Positions 12,696-23,644 of a stretch of 64,000 bases of DNA are shown one piece after another. Both the position numbers and the translations under genes were made by a program. The notes below the pieces were generated by a model. That model did no database searches. It had not been told where the DNA came from and worked only from the letters and a program-made list of their open reading frames with translations. This stretch comes from Gracilinanus agilis. Lineage: Eukaryota. Positions within the stretch are counted from its first letter, which is position 1. The number at the start of each line of letters is the position of its first letter. The stretch is taken from contig NC_058131.1 in the NCBI RefSeq assembly GCF_016433145.1, positions 593,338,549 to 593,402,548 of the forward strand. The letters run 5' to 3'.

Positions 12696-15324
12696 ATGAT
12701 GGTGGTGGTGCTGCTAATACTGATGATGATGTTTCTTCTTTCTGGATTGCAGTAACCTGTTCAGTTACCAGAAGGTCATTCCCAATTAAAGAAAAAAATC
12801 TTTTCTTCACAACCTCTCCATCAGATTCATGGCTAGATATGAAAAGACACACTTCCATCTCAACTTCATAGACATTGTCCTGACTTTTAAACTGTCAGTC
12901 TTTGGAAGAAAGAAACTTCCCTTCCTTTCATTAGCCATAGCTAATAGGTATTCATTCTCATCATGATTCTATATCTTCCTTTGAGGATAATTTCTTTTTG
13001 ACATAACTGAGGTATCTCTATTATGCTACACAATCACATTCCATGTCCATGACTTGAAGGAAGAAAGGGGGAAATAAGGGTGTGGAATAGGGATTGTGCA
13101 ATATTTTAATAGGAGAAAATAAGGAAGAAGTTGGATTTTATACCTATATAGTTCTCCAAAGCAACCCAACTAAATTTAGGGAAATGAGATAATTCCAGCT
13201 GCTCTTAAAAAGAATAAAAATTCTTCAGTACTTCCTAGTGCTATATGATATCCTTTTCTCCCCTAAGCCCACTCTTATTATCCCATCACTTAATTCTTAA
13301 ACCCAAAGAATAGATTCAATAACATATTGCCTTCCACCTATCCCTAGATCCAATGATCTAAAGAGAACACTTATATGGATGGAAAAAGTTCAGGACTGGA
13401 AAGGCCAGGAGTAGATCATGTCTTCATCCATCAAGCTAGTCAGCCAAATGAATTTCACTTTACAAGAATTGTGAGGGATCCAATTGCAAATCTTTCAGAC
13501 TTTGCAGCTATAAATTTTCCCTGCTCCTATTAATAAAATATAATAGCAATTCAGAAAATAATAGCCTATTATCTAAAGTCTCAGAATGACAGAACAATCA
13601 AAGGGAACATGAATTATAGGGCCAAAGGAGTAAGAAAATGTCTGCTTCTTGTGGGGCAGCACTAGAAACGTGGCAAATCAAAGGGGTAATATACAGTCCA
13701 ACAACCTGTTAATAAAAGTACTTATATAATATTAACAAGTCACAGCAAAGGGTGGCTTATTTGCATAGCATCAGATGAAAGCTATGCTCATAAAACTGGC
13801 AGACATTTAATGTTATACCCCAAACTCCCAGCAGGTTAGTCCTCCTAGACTAAAACATTATTTTCTCTATTCTTCCTTCTCTCCTTTCAAAAGATTATTT
13901 GGGGAGGAGGTAGTAAGCAGATGCTGATATGTTAGTTTTAGTGATGGAACCATTATTTCCCTTTCTATTAGCTCAAGCAGCATTTGGACATGTTTATCCT
14001 TATCCTTAACTTTACTTAACTTGGGATCTATGAAGGTCTGTGGGGTACAGGTTATGATTGAACCCTTCCAAGACATTGGACTAGGGATTGTATAGCCAAA
14101 AAAATATTATGCAAGTCATGGTCATAATCTCAGTGGAAACAGGCTAAGGTCAAATACTGGGTAATGAGTTGTGGAGTTTAAAGTACCAGAGGTAGGAGCT
14201 GGAATCTGAAGTAGAAACAAATAAAAATCAGGAGTCATGGCAAGGTATGAGAGGAGCCTACCAAAAAGCAAAGCCCCAGAGTTTAGAATAATCAAATCTG
14301 GTAGCAGACAAGTACATTGCTTAGCAAATCAAGCTAGATGGAGTCATTCCTATTTGCCACAGTCATATTTTTTTATAAGCTTCTGAAACTAACCTTACCC
14401 TACAGTTTCTACTGTACTTCCTTTCGCTGAAAAGTTCCCACTGCTCTCATCAGTTCTCATTGAACCCATGTCACATTAGATGGCAACTATCTTTAAAAAG
14501 GGGGTGGTAAATCTTGAGACTCTCTCCTTGATACATGGAACAAATACAATGGGGCAGTTTTGCGATGTAATCCATTTAGAAAATACAAGGTTCTCAAAGA
14601 ACTTAATTTGAACAAAGGAACTGTGCACTAAATTAGCATTATGCATTTAGAGGACTTATAGAATAAGAGAAAATTTTGGAAATGAGATAAGTCCAGGACT
14701 TAGGGTCTATTTTAAGCCACTACCAAAAATTTAGGATAAGTTCATCCTTCATCAAATGGCCAAATATACAAGTTAATAATACAAGTTGTCAAATCATTGC
14801 CTTTTAGGCATCTTCTCAAAGGATTAGTATTGTTATAATTAGGATATCTTTATGTGAAAGTTAATAGCTTTTTATGCCAGTCAACCACCCAAAGATAAAC
14901 AAAACTGGTTTTAAGATCAAAAATTCAACTCAACAAGCATATATTAAATGTTAACAATGCACAAAGCATTGTGGTTGAGGAATGGAAATGTAAAGGTTAA
15001 AATAAGTCTCTTCTTTTTAAAGATTTTTAGCTTTCTTAGGCAACCAGGTGTCTAAAATTTGCTGAAATTTGAGTGTGTGATTCTAAATTGGAATTTGCAT
15101 CTCAAATGTCCCTTTACCTCACTCCCCGCAAATAAACTCAATCAAATAAGATCATTGTAGTGGTTACCAGTTTTCCAAAACAAAAGCATTCCATTGTCCA
15201 AATAGTTTCTGCATGGAACATAAAATATGCTTCATGGTTAATCAAAACCTTTTTTATTGATCGAAAGCCAACAGGAGATTGGTAGATTTAGCTATCCAGA
15301 TCACTAATTGTATTTGACATGCAG

Positions 15325-16670
15325 AAAATTCATAGATTTTATAGAATCCAAAGCTAGAAGAGACCTCAGAGTTAGTGTATTACATGGGTACTTAAATAGA
15401 AATCTTTACTACATCCTTGAAAAATGTCCGTTAGCTCAGCTTGAAGACCTTTATGATAAAGAATTCAATTCATGATATATTCCACTTTAGGACAGCTCTG
15501 TTAGGAATATTTTCATTCTATGGAGCTGAAATATGAACTTCTATTCATTGTTCCTTTTTTAACTCTAAAGCCAAATCAAATTGCATCTTTTCAGTTCCTA
15601 CAAATTGCTCCCAATTTGACCCCTGGAGTCAAGAAGAAGCTTAATCCATATAAGAACATTTCAAATACTTGAAATCATGTTATCTCTGCTAAATCATCTT
15701 TTTTTCACACTAAACATCTCCAGTTCCTTTAACCAGTTATAACCATAAGTTATTAGCCCAAGGCCTTTTACCATTCTTGTTTCCCTTCTCTAGATAGTCT
15801 CTTCAGCTTATCAGTTTGCATCCTAAAATGTAGCACCCAGAACTGTCTATAACATTCTAAATATGATCTGGCCAGGGCAGAGTACAGTGATACTATCACC
15901 TCTATCACTGTCACCTGGATATTACTCAATACAGCCTAAGAGGGATTTCACTTTTTTCAACTGACATATCACTATGGGCCAATTTGAAGCTTTAATTCCA
16001 CTAACACAATTAGGTCTTTTTTTTATAAAAACAAACTGTTATCTCAAAATATCTGTCTCATATTTCACCTGTGAAAAACATTTTACTACAGGTATAAGAC
16101 TTTTTATCACTAATAAATTTCATTTTATTTAATTTGACCCAAAATTGTAGTCTACCATGCTCTTTCTGGATCTTCACCCAATCATTGACTGCACAGATAC
16201 CCTTTCCAGCTTTGTGTCCATTAAAAATGTGTCAAATAGGCCATCTGTACTTAATATAAATTGTTGATTTTTAAAAAACATTAATCAACACTGAACAATG
16301 ACTCCTGTGGAATTCCATTAGAAACCTCCTTCCAGGGTGACATTGAATTATTAAAGACTATTCTTTGGATGCAGCCATTCAAACCAGTTTCAATTCCAAC
16401 TAATTATAAGTATCACCTCACCTATATCTTTTCATCTTATTCACAAGGACAACATGAAGAACTGTGTTAAAATATTGGTAAACTCTAGAGTATTTCTCTG
16501 ATTTACCAGCCTAATTATCTTGTTGAAAAAGGAAATAAAATTATTCTGACATAGCTTCATCTTGATGAAGTCATGCTGACTGCAGTCACCTTTTCTTTTT
16601 CTAGCTATACATTTATCATTCCTTTAATAATATGTTCTATAATGTTGCAAGGATTTGATGGCAAGCTTAC
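15325..16670 (-). mobile_element. L3/CR1 LINE (3' end and RT region), left part
   Basis: cccagaactg...ccagggcagagtacagtg; ggaattccattagaaacctccttccagggtgacattga; ccattcaaaccagttt. Confidence 0.8.
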
Positions 16671-17543
16671 TGTTATTGATAATATTGATCATGTTATGGG
16701 TTATTGATATAGATGCTGATTTTTCCTTATCAGTTGGGATAGATAGGCTTGAACTGTTAGGGTCACCTGATGATAGATGGTGAATGAATTTGCTGGACAC
16801 AGCTTAATCCAACCCTTATTTATTTTTAACTATCAGGGGAGGCAGGGACAGGATAAAAGAGGTAGAGACAAAGCAGAAAAACCCTTATCCTAATTCTAAG
16901 ATTTCTAAATGTAAACATTCCCCCAATCTAATTCACAAGGATTTGCTTCTTGTTCACCAAAGGTGACCCTCCTTAAATCTATTCTCAACTGTCTACCTAA
17001 AACCCAATTCTATCTAACTAACCTTATCCTAATATATAAACTTTGAATATTCTTAACCTCCTTACAATATATATCAAAAGTCACAAATTATCTTCACTAA
17101 TGGTTCAGATCTTACAGTTAGAACTCAGTGGCTTCCTCTGACTCTTCCCAGCAGGGAGTCACACCTCATGCTGTTCCAGTGAGAGTCAAACAGCATCCCC
17201 TCTAGCAGCTGCTTCTCCCTTCAGGAGAACAGCTCTGACACCAAACAAAACTCTTCCCACCTTCACAGATGTTCTTGTGAGGTTTCTAAGTTAAGTTTAA
17301 CCAAATTACTGACTGAGAGTATCCAGAGAAAAGTCACCAACCACCTCTCAAGACAGTGAGTTCAAGAGATTAGCCAAGAGTTCTCTAACCATCTTCCCAA
17401 CATGCCAGTCTTCCTTAAAGTGACCACTGTGATTTTTCCTTGGCCATGCATTACAGGGACAAGGAAAGAATCCTTTCTCTGGTATTTATCTCTCTGCTTC
17501 TACTTAAGCTATATAATTAATTAATAACTAATCAAACTTAACA
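16671..17543 (-). mobile_element. probable solo ERV LTR inserted in L3
   Basis: TGTTA...TAACA termini; minus-strand AATAAA near 16820; L3 resumes at ctatagtttacaga (about 17548); no clear TSD. Confidence 0.6.
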
Positions 17544-17547
17544 TAAA

Positions 17548-17960
17548 CTATAGTTTACAGATATCTTTTCTTCATTCTCCCTTCTTCCCTTTTCTTTTCC
17601 AGATCAAGACCTTTGTTCTTTTTATATTTCTGTAATACCTCTCAGTTTACATGATTTTTCAAAGACTATTATCAGACCCTCAGCAATCACCTCTGCCTTA
17701 GATATAATTGTGAACTTGGTGATCTGTATTCATCAAGGCAAATATGCTCTTACTTTCTCATATCTTGGCTATCACAAGACATTTTCATTCTTCCCTTTTT
17801 ATTTCAAGATCATTCTCCTTCACAGAGAAAGCAAAAGCAAAATACAAGTTGAGTAATTCTACCTATTCTCCAATATCTGTTATGTTTCCACTCACCCAAA
17901 GCAACAATCTTATCACTGGTTTTCTCTTCTTTTACTCCAAACAAAACTTATTATCTTTAA
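17548..17960 (-). mobile_element. L3/CR1 continuation
   Basis: cagcaatcacctctgc and further CR1 antisense sequence collinear with the left part. Confidence 0.6.
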
Positions 17961-17974
17961 AAAAAAAACATTAA

Positions 17975-18290
17975 TCTTCCCAACTCCTCTGTTTCTGTCA
18001 ACCTTCATTCCAGCCACCTGAGTCATCCTCAACTTTCTCCCTCATCTGATATTTAATGAAGTGTCAAGACTTGCTGATTCTAGCTCCATAATATGTTTTA
18101 CATCTTTTCCCTTCTCTTCACTCATATGACTTCCATCCTAGTTCTGGTCATCATCATCACCTCCACAGAAGAGGGGAATAATATCCACATTTCAGTCAAG
18201 GGAACCAATTTTGCCCCATTCTTATTATTCTCCCCATTCTCCCCACTTGCCAAAAATAGTACTCATTTTCTGTCAACTTTGCAAATATAA
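17975..18290 (+). mobile_element. L2 fragment
   Basis: ttctgtcaaccttcattccagccacctgagtcatcctcaactttctccc...gtcaagacttgctgattct. Confidence 0.6.
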
Positions 18291-18309
18291 GGGTTATATG
18301 AGCATAACA

Positions 18310-19072
18310 GAATATTGTCTATAATCACTGCTAAGATAAAAAGAAGTTGAAAGAATTAGAAGATCAATGAGGAACTAAATCTATCACTCTTTTGCAGATA
18401 GAATGATGGTATATTTAGAGAATCAACCAAAAATTTACTTGAAACAATAACTTTAGCAAAGTTCCAGGATAAAAACTCACATAAATCACCAACATTTCTT
18501 TATACTATCAATAAAATCCAACAGTAAGAGACATAAAGAAAAATCTCATTTAAATTAACTGCAGACAATATAAAATATCTGGGAGTCTACCTGCTAAGAT
18601 AAAACCAGGAACTACCTGTGTGTAACAACAAAACTTTTTTGACACATATAAAGTCTAATCTACCAAGATCTAAGTAATTGGAAAAGCTTTAATTGCCCAT
18701 AGGTAAGTCAAGTCATTATACTAAAAATGACAATTCTACCTCTATTCAGTGCCATATCAATTGAAATACAAAGTCAAAATTGTTGCATGATTTAGAAATA
18801 AAAGGGGATAATATAAACAAATTAGGTGAGCACAAAATAGTATACCTGTCAGGATTATGGATAAAGGACAAGACATCAAGAACTTTACAAGATATAAAAT
18901 AAGTTATTACCTTGGTAATTTTAACCTTTTGTTCTTCTAGAATAATAAAATTCATCTAGAAGAACAAAAGGTCAAAATTACCAAGGTAATTAATGGAAAA
19001 ATATGAAAGAAGCTGACCTAGCTGTACTAGATTTCAAATTGTATAAAGAGGAAACCATCAAAATGATCTGGT
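18310..19072 (+). mobile_element. old L1 ORF2 (RT region), left part
   Basis: ctatcactcttttgcagatagaatgatggtatatttagagaat is a decayed LSLFADDMxxYLE RT motif. Confidence 0.85.
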
Positions 19073-20699
19073 ACTTTACCTGAAAATTGCCTATTCATGT
19101 CTCTTGCCCATTTATCAATTGGGGAATGGCTTGATTTTTTATACAATTGATTTAACTCCTTGTATATTTGAGTAATTAGACCCTTGTCAGAGTTTTTTGT
19201 TATAAAGATTTTTTCCCAATTTGTTGTTTCCCTTCTGATTTTGACTACATTGTTTTTGTTTGTACAAAAGCTTTTTAGCTTAATATAATCAAAACCATTT
19301 AATTTACATTTTGTAATTTTCTCTAACTCTTGCTTGGTTTTAAAATCTTTCCTTTCCCAGAGATCTGACAGGTATACTATTTTGTGTTCACTTAACTTAT
19401 TTATAGTTTCTCTCTTTATATTTAGGTCATTCACACATTCTGAATTTATCTTGGTGTAGGGTGTGAGATGTTGATCTAAACCTAATCTCTCCCATTTTGT
19501 TTTCCAAATTTCCCAGCAGTTTTTGTCAAATAGTGGATTCATGTCCCAAAAGTTGGGCTCTTTGTGTTTATCATACACTGTCTTGCTGACGTCATTAACC
19601 CCAAGTCTATTCCACTGATCCTAACTTCTGTCTCTTAGCCAGTACCATATTGTTTTGATGACTGCTGCTTTATAGTATAGTTTAATATCTGGTACTGCTA
19701 AGCCCCTCTCCTTCACATTTTTTTTTTCATTATTTCCCTTGATATTCTTGATCTTTTGTTATTCCAAAGAAATCAGAAGTATCAATAAGCACATGAGGTG
19801 TTCTAAATCTCTAATAATTAGAGAAATGCAAATCAAAACAACTCTGAGGTATCACCTCACACCTAGCAGATTGGCTAAAATGAAAGAAGGGGAGAGTAAT
19901 GAATGCTGGATGGGATGTGGCAAAAATTGGGACATTAATGCATTGCTGGTGGAGTTGTGAACTGATCCAACCATTCTGGTTGGCAATTTGGAACTATGCT
20001 CAAAGGGCTATAAAAGAATGCCTGCCCTTTGATCCAGCCATACCATTGTTGGGTCTGTACCCCAAAGACGTCATAGATAAACAGACTTGTACGAAAATAT
20101 TTATAGCGGCGCTTTTTGTGGTGGCAAAAAACTGGAAAAGGAGGGGATGTCCTTCAATTGGGGAATGGCTGAACAAATTATGGTATATGCTAGTGATGGA
20201 ATACTATTGTGCTAAAAGGAATAATAAACTGGAGGAGTTCCAGGTGAACTGGAAAGACCTCCAGGAATTGATACAGAGTGAAAGGAACAGAGCCAGAAAA
20301 ACATTGTACACAGAGACTGATATACTATGTTAAAAATCGAATGCAATGGACTTTTGTACCAGCAGCAATGCAATGACCCAGGACAATTCTGAGGGATTTA
20401 TGGTAAAGATGCTACTCACATTCAGAGGAAGGACTGCAGGAGAGGAAACATATAAGAAAAACAATTGCTTGAACACATGGGTCGGGGTGGGCATGATTGG
20501 GGATGTGGACTCGAAACTACCACACCAATGCAACTAACAACAATTTGGAAATAGGTTTTGATCAATGACACATGATAAAACCAGTGGAAATGTGCGTCGG
20601 CCAAGGGTGGGAGGGGTGCGGGGAGTAAAGGGGAAAGTAGGAGCATGAATCATGTAACCATGTTAAAAATGATTATTAATAAATGTTTAAAAAAATTTT
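19073..20699 (+). mobile_element. younger 5'-truncated L1 with 5' inversion (19074-19765 minus, 19766-20699 plus)
   Basis: Minus ORF 19027-19578 and plus ORF 19899-20333 are consecutive ORF2 pieces; full 3'UTR; 12-bp TSD aaatgatctggt at 19061-19072 and 20700-20711. Confidence 0.95.
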
Positions 20700-20711
20700 A
20701 AATGATCTGGT

Positions 20712-20751
20712 CACCTATGAGACAATACATCAAAGTACAAGGGTTTAAAAA
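20712..20751 (+). mobile_element. 40-bp 3' stub of a SINE1_Mdo-like SINE
   Basis: cacctatgagacaatacatcaaagtacaagggtttaaaaaaaa resembles the SINE tail at 58445-58480 (minus) and 62007-62049. Confidence 0.7.
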
Positions 20752-22255
20752 AAATGAACTGGTACTGGCTAAGAAATAGAGTAGTAGGTCAATGAAATAG
20801 ATTAGGCACTCAACAGAACAACAGTAAATGATCAAAGGGGCCTAGTGTTTGACAAATTCAAAGATCCAAGCTTTTAGAAGAACTCTATTTGACAAAACCT
20901 TCTGGGAAAACTGAAAAATAGATCAACATCTCATGCCATATACGAAGACAAAGTCAAAATTTTTGCATGATTTACAAATAAAGGGGGATACTATGAACAA
21001 ATTAGGTGAGCACAAAATAGTATACCTGTGGCCTATGGATAAAGGACAAGACATCGAGAACTTTACAAGATATAAAAAAGGTAACTTTGACTACATTAAA
21101 TTTAAAAGGTTTTGCACAAACAAAATCAATGCAACCAGGACTAGAAAGTAAACAACAAACTGGGGAAGGGGGGGCAGAATTTATACAAAGTATCTCTGAC
21201 AAAAGCCTCATTTCTCACAAAAATAGAGAACTGAGTCAAAATTATAAGAATACAAGTCATTTCCCAATTGTTAAATGGTCAAAGGATATGAACATGCAGT
21301 TCTCAGATGAAGAAATTAAAACTATCTTTAATCATATAAAAATACTCCAAGTCTCTAATAATTAGAAATGTAAATTAAAATAACCCTGAGGTACTATCTC
21401 ATACCTATCAGACAGGCTACTATAACAAAAAGGGAAAGTGATTAATGTTGGAGGAGATGTGAAAAAATTGGGACACTAATATACTGTTGGTGGAGCTGTG
21501 AACTCATACAACCATTCTGGAAAGCAATTTAGAACCATGCCCAAAGGGCATGACTGTGCTTTGACCCTGCAATGCCAGTACTAGGTCTATACCCCAAAGA
21601 GATCAAAGATGGTGGGGACAGGGGGAAGATCTATGCCCAAAAATATGTATAGCAGCCTTTTTTGTAGTGTCAAAGAATTGGAAACTAAAGGGACGTCAAA
21701 GGGACATCCATCAATTGGGGAATGACTGAACAATTTGTGGTATATGGTTGTAAAGGAATAGTATTGTGCTATAAGAAGTGACAAACAGGACAATTGAAAA
21801 AAAAAACCTGGAAAGAACTATGTGAAGTGATACAAAATTAAGTGAATAGAACCAGAAGAATACTGTACACAGTAACAGTAATAACATATGATAATCAACT
21901 GTGAATGGCTTAACTATTAACAGCAATGCAAGAATCCAAGACAACACAAAAGGACTCATGAAAAAGGCTATCCCCAGACATAGAAGGAACTGATGCAGTG
22001 TGGATGCATATTGAAGCATACCATTTTCGCTTCATTTTCTTCATGAGTTTTTTCTAATATAAACAAAATTTATCTTCTTTCACCATATGACAAACATGGA
22101 AATGCATATTTCATGTTAGCACATGTAAAACCTAAATCATATTGCCTGCCATCTTGGGAAGGGAGGATGGTATGGAAAGAGTGAGAGAATATGGATCACA
22201 AAATATCAGATAATTATTAAAAATTATATCTACATGTAATCTGGGAAAATATAAT
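20752..22255 (+). mobile_element. old L1 ORF2 C-terminus plus 3'UTR, right part
   Basis: Resumes at ctggtactggctaagaaataga (IWYWLRN); ends acatgtaatctgggaaaa. Confidence 0.9.
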
Positions 22256-22269
22256 GAAAACAATATTAT

Positions 22270-22620
22270 TGTCTCATAGAAGATGCTGAAATGTACAGAA
22301 AAATAGGAAGACGTGTGAAATGATGCATGACATAAGTAAAATAAGAACAGTATATACAATAAAAACATAGTAAAGAAAAACAACTGTGAAAGATATAAGA
22401 ACTAAGAATTTTGATCATTGCAATGCCTAACCAATATTCCAGAGGACTAGTGATAAAGCATGCTACCCACCTTCTAAAAGAGGTACAGATACATTCTTGT
22501 ATATAGCCAATGTGGTAATTTTATTTACTTAACTAGGAATAGTTGCTAACAAAAGTTTTTAATTTGAGCAAAAAAGTATGAAGAAGAAATATCAATTAAA
22601 ATTTTTAAAATAAAGTGAGA
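22270..22620 (+). mobile_element. ancient L1 3' end fragment
   Basis: gtaaaataagaacagtatatacaat...caactgtgaaagatataagaact...ccagaggactagtgataaagcatgctaccc. Confidence 0.6.
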
Positions 22621-22624
22621 TTTC

Positions 22625-23140
22625 TAAAAGCTTGAGTAACTCCCTATTAACTCTTTGATCAAATACAAAGTCCTCTGCTATTTGAAGTCCTTCACAATCT
22701 GATTCCTACCAATCTTTTCCTGTCTTTTTACATATTATGTACACTGTGTACCTTGTTGGCCAACTGGCCTTCTTGTCATGTCTGCATGCATGGAGTTCTA
22801 TCTCCTGTCAACATGCCTTTACATAAGTTATTTCCAGTGCCTGGAATGTAGACCCCACTCATCTCTGCTTCCTAGAATCTCCTTCAACATTGAGCTCATT
22901 CATCATTTCCTCCTTGAGGCCTTTCCCAATCACCTTGATGCTACTGCGAGCCTCACCACCAAAACGACCTTCTTTAAACTTTATAGGTACACATATAGAT
23001 ATTGTTTTCTATCATACAACCCAATGAGTAGAATGTAAGTTCCTTGAGGGCAGAGACTATTTAATTTGTCTTTGTATTCCTAGAATCCGGTACAATGCTA
23101 GGCACATAGTAGATGCTTAATAAAGGGTTATTGATTCCCA
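22625..23140 (+). mobile_element. L2 3' end
   Basis: agaatgtaagttccttgagggcagagact...gcacatagtagatgcttaataaa. Confidence 0.85.
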
Positions 23141-23189
23141 ATATAGTTAAAAAATAAAAATAAGAAAGCCCTTTGTATTGATGAGTGGC

Positions 23190-23640
23190 CTGTGTATCCA
23201 CATTATTCTTATTTAGACAATTCCCCCTATTTTTCCCAACTGTCTTTCAAACAAAATAAACTGAAAGTCCAATATGCATCTGTGGGACTCCTATCTCTAA
23301 AAAGGGGTTAGGTATGAATGTCTTTTCGTATCTCTTCTTTTGAATTCTGTTTGTTCTTTATAATTTTGTGATATTCACTTTTGATTTTGGAGAGGTTCTT
23401 TCCATTTATATTGTTAGGCAATGGCAAATAATCTTTTCTTTTCTCTGCTTTACTTCCTTCTACATCATTTCATGTAGATTTGTCATATTTCTTGGTATTC
23501 AGTACATATATAATTTCTTACATCACAGTAATATTCTCTTGTTTTTATGCACCACAATTTGTTTTGCCATTCCCCATCTGTTTGACATCATCTTAATTCT
23601 TTGCTATCTAAAAAAGTGCTGCTATAAATATTTTAGTGTA
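23190..23640 (-). mobile_element. ancient L1 3' fragment
   Basis: T-rich antisense L1 3' sequence: catatttcttgg...tttgccattccccatctgtttgacatc...gctataaatatttt. Confidence 0.6.
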
Positions 23641-23644
23641 TCTG

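Noticed and set aside
12700-12900. Minus-strand open frame FKSQDNVYEVEMEVCLFISSHESDGEVVKKRFF...
   Set aside because: Weak splice sites, runs into a trinucleotide-like tail, and no recognisable homology.
19027-20333. 183-aa and 144-aa ORFs as host genes
   Set aside because: They are L1 ORF2 C-terminal pieces within a truncated, partly inverted L1.
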